From NCBI GenBank assembly GCA_047633635.1, contig JBLIFG010000003.1, forward strand, positions 31,273 to 95,272: a stretch of 64,000 nucleotides of DNA, given 5' to 3'. How positions within the stretch are numbered: the stretch's first letter is position 1; every line of letters begins with the position of its first letter. Under the pieces are notes generated by a model. The model was not told where the DNA came from. It was given only the letters and a program-made list of their open reading frames with translations, and did no database searches. Shown in pieces: positions 1 to 8,729 of the stretch. The stretch comes from Cellvibrionaceae bacterium (GTDB taxonomy: Bacteria; Pseudomonadota; Gammaproteobacteria; Pseudomonadales; Cellvibrionaceae). A program made the translations under genes and the position numbers.

Positions 1-104
1 TTCTTTTTATGGGGTTTTGTCATTTTTAGCGACTATTCCCTTCAAGCTTAATTTATATTTGTCTAATTTTTGTTTTAACTGTCAAGCTCACAGAGCAAAC
101 CTTG

Positions 105-911
105 CTATGCCTTAGGCTTAGGCATAGAAAAAAAAGGTATGCGCTTTACAAATAACTTAACTGCCTCCCAATATATGCCCACTACCACCTTCGTTGTCAT
201 CAAAGGGTAGTTCCATAGAACGCTATTCATATTTTTTTTACTCAAAGTCTGACGCTTTAAAGTCATCGTGACGTCAAATACTGACTGCTTATCTTGGTGA
301 ACATCGATATGCACCAGTAAATTTTTATCCGGAGCTTTACCAACCCAATGATATTCTAAATCCATAGGCTGAAATGGTGAAACGTGCATTTTTTTACTGA
401 AGCTTATTGCCTGTTGAGCATGCTGAGACTTCTGTGCACTCGAGACGTTAGTTGAACCGGTTACATTTAGAATATACTGGCAACGTTCGCCCCAAGGCGT
501 ATTAGTAACCTCGAGCACAATAGTTTCTAGCTCTTGTCCATGTTTATCAAAGCAGTAGTAACAAGTTATCGGGTTAATAATAAAGCCAAAGTAACGTAGA
601 TTGGCTAACATCCGAATCGGCCCCTCTGGTCTTCTGCCATTTTCCAACTCTAACCAATCTGCTATAGCCTCATAAAGAGAACCCTTGGACTGCTTGTCAA
701 AGAAGTCAGAGCGCTTAAATTGTGCAATGTTAAACTGCTGCTGAGACCACCAACGACTCTGCACAAAAACATCATCGAGTTCTTGCAGATCAAGGTAGAC
801 CATAAATACCTGATAGACAAAGCTATTCGGCTTCGGACTAAAACGCCTATGCCTCACCTGGCCTGAATAAATCGCACTATTCAGGTTATTTGAATTAACA
901 GCTACACTCAT
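105..911 (-). CDS. DUF1365 family protein (lipid-modifying operon member)
   Basis: N-terminus YSGQVRHRRFSPKPNSFVYQVFMVYLDLQELD fits the DUF1365 signature. It lies directly downstream of a COG2907-type FAD oxidoreductase, as in conserved cfa-type clusters. Confidence 0.8.
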   Translation of the reverse strand: MSVAVNSNNLNSAIYSGQVRHRRFSPKPNSFVYQVFMVYLDLQELDDVFVQSRWWSQQQFNIAQFKRSDFFDKQSKGSLYEAIADWLELENGRRPEGPIRMLANLRYFGFIINPITCYYCFDKHGQELETIVLEVTNTPWGERCQYILNVTGSTNVSSAQKSQHAQQAISFSKKMHVSPFQPMDLEYHWVGKAPDKNLLVHIDVHQDKQSVFDVTMTLKRQTLSKKNMNSVLWNYPLMTTKVVVGIYWEAVKLFVKRIPFFSMPKPKA

Positions 912-1013
912 ATCAACCTATCTGTCTTATCTAATTCCACAATATTAAGCTCTATTGCGAAATCAATTGACCAATTGAATTTCTACCCAGCAGCTCATCG
1001 CTAGGTCTCATTA

Positions 1014-2336
1014 CTACAAGCTTGACCCTAATTTTTCAGTGACACGGAGGGCACTAAGTACTCCGTCTTCATGAAATCCATTAGCCCAATAAGCGCCACA
1101 AAACCATGTTTTATTAACACCATTAATTGTCTCCCACTGTTCTTGTGCGGCAACACTATCTCGTGAAAATACCGGATGATCGTAAAAGTAAGTACCTAGT
1201 ATTTTGTCTGGGTCAATCGCGTCAGTTTTGTTGAGAGTCACACAAAATGTCGTATCACTTTCTATCGACTGAAGGATATTCATATCATAGGTGAGTACCG
1301 GTAGCTTATCATCTAAGATCTTTTTAATCGGGGTATCACTATCGCCGCTGTTGGCAAGATGGATATCATTATCGCTAGCAGTTTGTTGATCCGCGATACG
1401 GTAGTTCCAACTAGACCAAGTCGAGCGTCGCTTTGGCAGTAAACTTATATCAGTATGTAAAACAACTTCATTTTTTTGGTAGGGTATCGCACTTAATAAC
1501 TTGGTTTCTTCAACACTGGCATCACTTAACATCGCTAGTGCTTGATCACTATGGGCAGCAATTATAACTTGGTCAAAGCACTCACTAAGACCATGAATGG
1601 TTTCGATAAGGACACCATCAACATTGCGTTTAATGGATTTAATCGCGCTATCGAGCCGTATATTGTCTTTGAAGCGTTGACTTAATGGCTCTATATAGGC
1701 GCGTGAGCCGCCGTCTATTACCCGCCACTGAGGACGTTCACTAACACTTAACAAACCGTGATTGCGAAAAAAGTGTACAAAAAACTGTAGTGAAAAACTT
1801 TTCATAACGTTGGTTGAAGCCGACCAAATAGCCGCTCCCATGGGGATCAAATATTTATCAGTAAATCTTTGCGAGTATTTTTTTTGTTGAAGGTATTCAC
1901 CCAAGGTCATTTCAAGATAGCGCCCACCACTTTCTACATCAAGCAAGGCCTCTTTATTAAAGCGCAAGATGTCGCGGATCATACACCAATGCTTCACACT
2001 AAATATATTACTACGCTGAGCAAACATAGTGTTTAAATTTGTACCGCTATACTCCAGACCGGTTTTTTCGCAACAAACACTAAAGCCCATATCAGTGGGT
2101 TTTGAGTCAACGTCTAATTGGGCAAGTAGTTTTTGGAAATTAGGGTACGTCCAATCATTAAAAACAATAAAGCCAGTATCAATCGCATAATCACGGCCTT
2201 CAAAATGAACGTCTTTGGTTGCCGTATGTCCACCTAGCCGATGACTCGCTTCAAAAACGGTAACGTCATGTTTAGGGCTTAATACATAAGCGGCGGTTAA
2301 ACCAGAGATACCTGCACCAACAACTGCTATTTTCAT
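1014..2336 (-). CDS. NAD(P)/FAD-dependent oxidoreductase (amine-oxidase / desaturase-like)
   Basis: N-terminal Rossmann motif MKIAVVGAGISGL..VFEA..LGGH. The 440-aa length and its position upstream of DUF1365 fit the family. Confidence 0.85.
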   Translation of the reverse strand: MKIAVVGAGISGLTAAYVLSPKHDVTVFEASHRLGGHTATKDVHFEGRDYAIDTGFIVFNDWTYPNFQKLLAQLDVDSKPTDMGFSVCCEKTGLEYSGTNLNTMFAQRSNIFSVKHWCMIRDILRFNKEALLDVESGGRYLEMTLGEYLQQKKYSQRFTDKYLIPMGAAIWSASTNVMKSFSLQFFVHFFRNHGLLSVSERPQWRVIDGGSRAYIEPLSQRFKDNIRLDSAIKSIKRNVDGVLIETIHGLSECFDQVIIAAHSDQALAMLSDASVEETKLLSAIPYQKNEVVLHTDISLLPKRRSTWSSWNYRIADQQTASDNDIHLANSGDSDTPIKKILDDKLPVLTYDMNILQSIESDTTFCVTLNKTDAIDPDKILGTYFYDHPVFSRDSVAAQEQWETINGVNKTWFCGAYWANGFHEDGVLSALRVTEKLGSSL

Positions 2337-2472
2337 TGTTACCTTTAACTGCCAATAAATTATATTTTTACGGCGCGAATACCTATAAGTAAACCTATAA
2401 GCATTCGCAACACTTTTTCTCAGCCTCTTAACGGCTGTTTTAACATTGCAAACTTAGATATCCGTATTTTGA

Positions 2473-3267
2473 TCAGCGCCTTATGTTAGCAGCAAGCCAC
2501 CGATACCAAAGCGAAGGAAACCCTGAAAAGATATTCAATATCCAATAAAATCGCCTAGGGAAATTGATAAACATTTTACGTTTATTCATCCCGTCTATAA
2601 TTCTTTGCGCTGCGCTTTCTGCCGACATTATAAATGGCATAGGAAAATCATTGACGTCAGTCATGGGGGTTTTAACAAAACCTGGACGTACAATGCTTAT
2701 GTCGAATTGCTGATAAGGTAAGTCCATTCGCAATGATTTTAAAAAATAATCAGCCGCTGCTTTTGAAGCCCCATAAATCTCAGCACGAGGAAACCCGATC
2801 ACAACAGTTAAACTAGTGATACCAACTATATAAGGTTTAAATACTGATTTTTTTAATAATGGCATTGCGATAGCGACAGAGTTAACGAGTCCAAAAAAAT
2901 TAACATCAAATACTTCTTTATAAGTTTTCTCGTTAAAGGCTAGATTATTCTCATACTCAACAATACCGGCTGCAAAAATAGCCACATCGATAGATTCAAC
3001 TCTAGCTGCCAACTGATATTGCACATCGCTAACTTGAGCAGCATTTGTCACATCGACTGGAAGGGCTATTATTTTTTGGGGCGAGAGTTTGGTGAGCTCT
3101 TCTAGCTTCTCTTTGCTGCGAGCGCTGACGATAACTGTTGCCCCCATTTGGGCAAGTTGGAGTGCTAAGCAACGGCCGATGCCAGAGCTAGCGCCAGTTA
3201 TCCACACAGTTTTACCATGCCAGAGTTGAGGATTATTCGATGATTTACTAATAGATGTTGGGGGCAT
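2473..3267 (-). CDS. Short-chain dehydrogenase/reductase (SDR)
   Basis: TGASSGIG cofactor motif and YGASKAA (YxxxK) catalytic motif. Confidence 0.9.
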   Translation of the reverse strand: MPPTSISKSSNNPQLWHGKTVWITGASSGIGRCLALQLAQMGATVIVSARSKEKLEELTKLSPQKIIALPVDVTNAAQVSDVQYQLAARVESIDVAIFAAGIVEYENNLAFNEKTYKEVFDVNFFGLVNSVAIAMPLLKKSVFKPYIVGITSLTVVIGFPRAEIYGASKAAADYFLKSLRMDLPYQQFDISIVRPGFVKTPMTDVNDFPMPFIMSAESAAQRIIDGMNKRKMFINFPRRFYWILNIFSGFPSLWYRWLAANIRR

Positions 3268-3284
3268 ATAGAATTTTTATTATT

Positions 3285-3716
3285 TTAATTGGCTTTAATC
3301 ATACGCGCTTTTACTACACGAATAACACTACCTAAGACCGGAATGTGCTCGTATGTCATTGCACCCATGTCGTAAAAATCTTCCTGAGAAGTTATTTTGT
3401 TGTCTATAAAATGTATTATACTAACGCCTACAAGACTTAGACGTGCATTATTTTTTAATGATGCGTGACTATATTCCATTTGCCATTTAAGACAAGCTGA
3501 AGTTTCATCGACTATTTCGTCAGTGAAAGTAAATTGACAATATGTAAGATTGGAACAAATTCCGCTAAAATATTTTTTTAACGCTTCTACGCCATTGATT
3601 TTGTGTAACGGATCTACAAAAACTACATCGCTAGCATATATATGCTCGAGATTTTTTAACGACGCTTGATCGAAAGCCTCATAATACTGCTTTAATTTAG
3701 TCAACGGTGGTATCAT
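3285..3716 (-). CDS. NTF2/SnoaL-like small protein
   Basis: 143 aa with the size and composition of SnoaL-like proteins. It is the first gene of the operon facing the ECF sigma gene. The family call comes from a general sequence pattern only. Confidence 0.55.
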   Translation of the reverse strand: MIPPLTKLKQYYEAFDQASLKNLEHIYASDVVFVDPLHKINGVEALKKYFSGICSNLTYCQFTFTDEIVDETSACLKWQMEYSHASLKNNARLSLVGVSIIHFIDNKITSQEDFYDMGAMTYEHIPVLGSVIRVVKARMIKAN

Positions 3717-3818
3717 TATACGTCTCAGCTGATTTTTTGTTGTATGTATGGTGTGTGGCTACACGTGACTGTAGGTCTAGTATTTGGGGCTTATAATATG
3801 TGGTAGTTATTTAACAAT

Positions 3819-3844
3819 TACGCTTTACACTTTTATACAGATCA
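3819..3844 (-). promoter_or_regulatory. Candidate ECF-type promoter (TGATC-N17-CGTAA) for the SnoaL-SDR-oxidoreductase-DUF1365 operon
   Basis: The minus strand reads GTGATC tgtataaaagtgtaaag CGTAA. The motif and spacing are identical to the copy on the plus strand 12 bp away. Confidence 0.55.
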
Positions 3845-3856
3845 CACTCAATCGAT

Positions 3857-3882
3857 TGATCCGAAGGCTCTAGCTCGCCGTA
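3857..3882 (+). promoter_or_regulatory. Candidate autoregulated ECF-type promoter (TGATC-N17-CGTAA) for the sigma/chrR operon
   Basis: The plus strand reads TGATC cgaaggctctagctcgc CGTAA, about 70 nt upstream of the sigma-factor ATG. Confidence 0.55.
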
Positions 3883-3952
3883 AATCTGAAGATAGATAAT
3901 AAATTAGAAGGGTGTCATTAACCTCTTGCTATTATATTGCATATTCATTTAG

Positions 3953-4603
3953 ATGAGGAAAAATCTCGTGTCCAAAGCCCTGAAACTCAAGCAATCATAT
4001 AAAGCAAACGCAGAAATATCTATGAAATTAGAGACCGCTATAAAGAAACCAACTTCTTTTTGGAATGAACACTTAATAAAAGTAGGTAATACCCAGGACA
4101 GAGAATCTTTCAAAGCTCTTTACGAGCATTTTGGACCGCTCCTCAAAAGTTATTTCATGTCCAAATTTCCTAATCAGCACTCTCTTCAAATGATGGATGA
4201 GCTGGTACAAGAGACGATGATCAAGGTTTGGCAGAAAGCCAATAGCTATGATCAGGGAAAAGCGGCTGCAAGCACCTGGATTTTTACGCTCGCCAGAAAC
4301 ACGCGCATTGACATGCTGAGACGTCAAAACAAATACGCTAACACTACGTCTATCGAGACAGAAGAGATTTGGGAAGACACGACTGAGAATGGTCCCTATC
4401 TGCTACTACAAAATAATAGGCAGGCTGATGATATCCAACAGTCTTTGCAAAAATTACCCGAAGAACAAGCTTTGGTGATTCGTAAGGTTTATATGGAATC
4501 AAAGTCCCATAGTGAGGTGGCTGAAGAGCTTAGTCTACCTCTTGGCACGGTAAAATCGCGAGTTCGTCTTGCGCAAAACAAACTTCAAGCGTTAATTAAA
4601 TAA
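3953..4603 (+). CDS. ECF-family RNA polymerase sigma factor (ChrR-partnered)
   Basis: Sigma-70 region 2 (FKALYEHFGPLLKSYF...TMIKVW) and region 4 (LPEEQALVIRKVYMESKSHSEVAEELSLPLGTVKSRV). It is followed by a chrR-type anti-sigma gene. An alternative start at 4022 is possible. Confidence 0.9.
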   Translation: MRKNLVSKALKLKQSYKANAEISMKLETAIKKPTSFWNEHLIKVGNTQDRESFKALYEHFGPLLKSYFMSKFPNQHSLQMMDELVQETMIKVWQKANSYDQGKAAASTWIFTLARNTRIDMLRRQNKYANTTSIETEEIWEDTTENGPYLLLQNNRQADDIQQSLQKLPEEQALVIRKVYMESKSHSEVAEELSLPLGTVKSRVRLAQNKLQALIK

Positions 4604-4661
4604 TTAGTTAACACTTCCATAAAAACTTATTAAGAAGCATTTATCTTTACAGGCAAACGTT

Positions 4662-5375
4662 ATGATCCAGCACCATCCCACTGATAATATACTTGTCGAA
4701 TTTGCGGCCGGTACACTTGATACAGCACAGGCTGTTGCGGTCAATGCGCACATGCACTTCTGTACCAAGTGCCAACAAAACATCAAAAAGATGGAGCAAA
4801 CTGGTGGCGCGATGCTTGATAGTCTCGATCCCGAAGCTTTAGCAGAAGATAGCTTCGATAAGTTATTGAGCGCAATTGAAGTTATGGCCGCTAAGAACAT
4901 CTCTACAAATCATGGCACTGACGACACCTTGACAAACAATAAAGCTGATCTTAGAAATGAAGAAGCGGTCAATATAGCTCGAGATTACGGTCGTCTGCCT
5001 AAGGTAGTCGCAAAAATGATGAGCCAAAAGGCGCTGAAATGGCGATATATCAACTCATCATTGCAAACAAGTCACTTGATTGCAGGCCAAAATGTACATC
5101 AAGTATCGCTACAAAAAATCAGTGCCGGTGGCGTTGTACCCGAGCACGATCACTCTGGCACAGAGATGACCGTTGTGCTCAAGGGCAGTTTTTCGGATAA
5201 AGAAGGTATTTACCAAGAAGGTGACTTTATTCTAAAAGAGCCGGGTCAAATTCACCAGCCTATTTCAGCTCGAAATGAAGATTGCCTTTGCCTGTCGGTC
5301 GAGAGCGCACCTGTTAAATTAACCGGATTCTTTGGTCGTATGGTTAATCCATTTATCAAGCATAATGCCGCCTAG
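4662..5375 (+). CDS. chrR: ChrR-family anti-sigma factor (ZAS N-domain plus C-terminal cupin)
   Basis: HMHFCTKC matches the zinc anti-sigma motif HxxxCxxC. The C-terminal cupin has HDHSGTE (HxHxxxE) and a later IHQP. Confidence 0.9.
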   Translation: MIQHHPTDNILVEFAAGTLDTAQAVAVNAHMHFCTKCQQNIKKMEQTGGAMLDSLDPEALAEDSFDKLLSAIEVMAAKNISTNHGTDDTLTNNKADLRNEEAVNIARDYGRLPKVVAKMMSQKALKWRYINSSLQTSHLIAGQNVHQVSLQKISAGGVVPEHDHSGTEMTVVLKGSFSDKEGIYQEGDFILKEPGQIHQPISARNEDCLCLSVESAPVKLTGFFGRMVNPFIKHNAA

Positions 5376-5412
5376 GGTCAACTTCTAAGCTATATCGTAA
5401 AAATTTTATATT

Positions 5413-5434
5413 AGGCACTTTTGGTGCCTTTTTA
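5413..5434 (+). terminator. Rho-independent terminator after chrR
   Basis: AGGCAC tttg GTGCCT stem followed by a T-run. Confidence 0.55.
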
Positions 5435-5641
5435 TTGTCTATTATTCTATTTTTTTCCTCTGTAACTACTGTCTTATCTCCCTGCTCTGTCTTCTTTTTA
5501 TACTATATGCAGCCTCTTTGTTGTCTATTTATTGTGTGTTTTTTTGTGAAACTACTTAATTCGAAAATTTAATGCAGTAGTTAAGAAATTTAAGCTATGA
5601 TTAGATTAGAAGTATTTTTGTATTTTATAAATAGTAGGCCT

Positions 5642-6325
5642 ATGTCTGATTTGCCCATATTTTGCACCGATGGAAAACAATGCCAATTAGAGCCCAAGCT
5701 TGATGCCCTAGCCGCAGAGGTAGAACAACTCACCGATCTAGTAACTAAAGACACCTTGACAGGTTTGTCAAATTATCGTCATTTTACTAATGTCGTGAGT
5801 CAAGAAATGGAACGATCTAGGCGCACGGGGCAACCCATGACATTAATAATTATCGATGCTGACCACTTTAAAAAAGTGAACGATAACTGGGGCCATGAAG
5901 TTGGCAATCATGCCTTAAAGCTTATTTCTAGTTGTATTGTACAAAGTATTCGACAACTAGATATTGCCTGTCGTTATGGGGGCGAAGAGTTCGTCGTTAT
6001 CTTTCCCAGTACAGACATCACCACATCTATAAGAGTAGCAGAGAGAATCCGTGCTGCAATTGAAAGTACGCCCCTCATAATACAATTGGACGATTCAGAC
6101 GAACCAATTAAACACACATTAACCGTCAGTATTGGTGTCAGTAGCTTCCCCGCCAAGATTGAAAATGATGATTGGCATAAACTGGTAGAAAGAGCGGATA
6201 ATAAACTTTATGAGGCTAAGCTTAATGGGCGTAATCAGGTTTGTTACGGCAAAATAGCTACCGAGTCACAACAAGTGAGCGAAGATGAGAAATCAGCACT
6301 TTTTGATATATTCAATAGTGGATAA
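5642..6325 (+). CDS. Diguanylate cyclase (stand-alone GGDEF domain with a short coiled-coil N-terminus)
   Basis: GGEEF active site (RYGGEEF) with an RxxD I-site (RQLD) five residues upstream. I prefer the ATG at 5642 to the upstream start at 5597. Confidence 0.85.
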   Translation: MSDLPIFCTDGKQCQLEPKLDALAAEVEQLTDLVTKDTLTGLSNYRHFTNVVSQEMERSRRTGQPMTLIIIDADHFKKVNDNWGHEVGNHALKLISSCIVQSIRQLDIACRYGGEEFVVIFPSTDITTSIRVAERIRAAIESTPLIIQLDDSDEPIKHTLTVSIGVSSFPAKIENDDWHKLVERADNKLYEAKLNGRNQVCYGKIATESQQVSEDEKSALFDIFNSG

Positions 6326-6486
6326 GGTCTCTATACATATAGTGAATTTATTCGTAGGCATGGCTTCGTCGAGTTTTCGCTGGGACTGAATTTATTAATG
6401 AAAAATTGGCTACGCCTTATCTCAGCGCTCATTGTGGAGTAAATAAAACCTAGTCACATAAATATTCGTGTGACTACCGCAAAAAC

Positions 6487-7083
6487 TTAATTGCCTAAAA
6501 AAACTATAAACCTAGAGTCGCAGGCAGCCTTCAATAAGCTAGCAACGGACATAGCATCGACAATCTCCCCACTATGTACCATTTTAATAGCCTCTTTTAG
6601 TGGTAAATGCTTAACACTAATATCTTCTGTATCTTCGTGACTAGTGTGTGTTTTAGACAGCTTTTGCGCCAAATAAATAGTGGCGAGCTCATCTGTAACT
6701 GAATTCGATAACTGTAATTGTAACCATTCGCTCCACTGTGTTGCCTCTAAGCCAGCCTCTTCAACAAGCTCACGCTTAGCTGAGTCAAGACAAGCCTCTT
6801 CAGCAGGAGACCCTCCCTCGGGAATCTCCCAAGTCATACAGTTATGAGGATACCGAGTTTGTTGTACCAGCCATGTCCAGCCCGAATCATCTATCGCTAA
6901 AATACCCACTGCATGGTTTTTAAAATGTACACAGCCATAGATACCTTCGCTACCACCTGGCGTTAATACCGTATCGTGATCAACACGTATCCAAGGGTTT
7001 TCATAAACTACTTCGCTTGAAAGCTGCTGCCATTGTTGTTTAGTCGCAGCAGTTTTTTGTACCATTTTTTTATCGCGTGTCAT
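6487..7083 (-). CDS. NUDIX hydrolase (ADP-ribose pyrophosphatase-like)
   Basis: Complete Nudix box GGSPAEEACLDSAKRELVEEAGL. Confidence 0.85.
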   Translation of the reverse strand: MTRDKKMVQKTAATKQQWQQLSSEVVYENPWIRVDHDTVLTPGGSEGIYGCVHFKNHAVGILAIDDSGWTWLVQQTRYPHNCMTWEIPEGGSPAEEACLDSAKRELVEEAGLEATQWSEWLQLQLSNSVTDELATIYLAQKLSKTHTSHEDTEDISVKHLPLKEAIKMVHSGEIVDAMSVASLLKAACDSRFIVFLGN

Positions 7084-7741
7084 ATTATTTCTGTCTACTA
7101 ACAGTCCATATTATAATCGTCAATTTTGTGGATAAGGCATCAAACTCTTTAACCGCAACTATATGCTTGCCCTGTATCGCCTTTGGCACCGAGTTAATGC
7201 CAACATCAGCTCCATAATAACTAAAAGCAATTTCTCTTTATTGTCGCACAAGCTATATGTAGTCTTGTGCATCTTATCAAAATACATTAAATAGTATTGT
7301 TGAAAATTCATATTCGCTTATTGCGACTTGCTATTACGCTAATACTGTCATTAATCATGTATATCCTTCAATCACTTAAACATACACCGTTTGTTAACGA
7401 CAACACACAGCACTGTTAACAAAAAATTATTTTATTTAGCTTATTGTAACCCTGCACTTAAAGAGACAAGATAAAACCACCTGCCGAATAAATCCAATCT
7501 TTGCTGACGGTTAAGTGATTCAATCGAGGTGTCTCAACATCACAAAAGGAAGACATCTAAATACAAATTCTCTTATATAAATAGGTAACGGTGAGAGTAT
7601 CAATAAGGAAAAAAGTGAGGACGAGAATAAGAGCTAAACTTATGTACCTAAGGCGATAGCATCAATAAAAATAAAAGGCGTTATCTAATGCCTAATAAAC
7701 TTGTTAACATAAATAAATCAACCTAAGCTTTATAAATAATA

Positions 7742-8728
7742 ATGAATGTTCAATTAGATCGCATAGCGAATAATGGTCAAGGCTTATCCGTGTTCAAGGT
7801 GTTCACTGCGGATACTGCAGACGGCATAGCATACAAGGGAAACCCTGCAACTGTTGTTATCGTTGATTCATTGCCAACCTTAAAAGATCATCTTGCTCTT
7901 CTACAACGCCTAAACAATGGCGATACCAAAAAGCAGGTAATTCCTGAATTTATGACACTTGTCTATATTAGTCCTTTGAATTTAGGTCTCAATTTGAATG
8001 ACAAGCTTAATTCGAATCCAAATGAATTTGCTATTCGATGGTTTTCATCAACAAGTGTTATTAAACGTTGTGGTCATGGCACACTAGCTGCTGCTGCCTT
8101 TTTAGTAGAACATCGCAAAAATGACCTATTATCCACACCATACCCCTCTCTTTTAACGCTAAAGTTTCACTCTGATAGCGAATCTCTTAATGTTCGCGTT
8201 ATACAACAAAAAGATAGCCTGAAAATAAATTCAAACTCTTTTGCGTTACAGTTAGAGCAGGAGAGCTTGGTCACTAGCCATGAGATGCTACATTTAGGTG
8301 CTAATCTTAATATTTTAAGAGAAAATAAAACTAATAACGATGATGGTTATCTAATTATAGAGTTAAGCAGTGCACGTGAAGTAGCGGAATTTACGCTAAC
8401 AACAAGCATCATAGACGCTATTGCTGAGCGCGCTCTAATAGTAACCGCTGTAACAAAAAACAAACACTTTGATGTTGCTTTTAGATACTTCGCACCTTTT
8501 TATGGGCAGTTAGAAGACAGTGCCACCGGTTCAGCGGCGAGTGTGCTGTCACCCTTCTGGGAAGCACTATCGCAGGCAGGACAACTGCGCTGCTACCAAG
8601 CGTCTCAAAACGGTGGGTTTTTTATTATAGAAAGAAATAACAATAATAATCATTTAGGATCCGCGTCGAACACTATTGCAGTGATTGGGCATGTGACATC
8701 GACCGCGCTCAAGGACTACACCCAATAA
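7742..8728 (+). CDS. PhzF-family isomerase-like protein
   Basis: GNPATVV near the N-terminus, a C-terminal DSATGSAA motif and the typical length of about 300 aa. Confidence 0.75.
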   Translation: MNVQLDRIANNGQGLSVFKVFTADTADGIAYKGNPATVVIVDSLPTLKDHLALLQRLNNGDTKKQVIPEFMTLVYISPLNLGLNLNDKLNSNPNEFAIRWFSSTSVIKRCGHGTLAAAAFLVEHRKNDLLSTPYPSLLTLKFHSDSESLNVRVIQQKDSLKINSNSFALQLEQESLVTSHEMLHLGANLNILRENKTNNDDGYLIIELSSAREVAEFTLTTSIIDAIAERALIVTAVTKNKHFDVAFRYFAPFYGQLEDSATGSAASVLSPFWEALSQAGQLRCYQASQNGGFFIIERNNNNNHLGSASNTIAVIGHVTSTALKDYTQ

Positions 8729-8729
8729 A

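Noticed and set aside
1-23. An ATG at 23-21 (minus strand) opening a frame (MTKPHKK...) that runs off the window start.
   Set aside because: Only 7 codons are visible, too few to call a CDS or assign a family. It is mentioned in the operon finding as a likely continuation.
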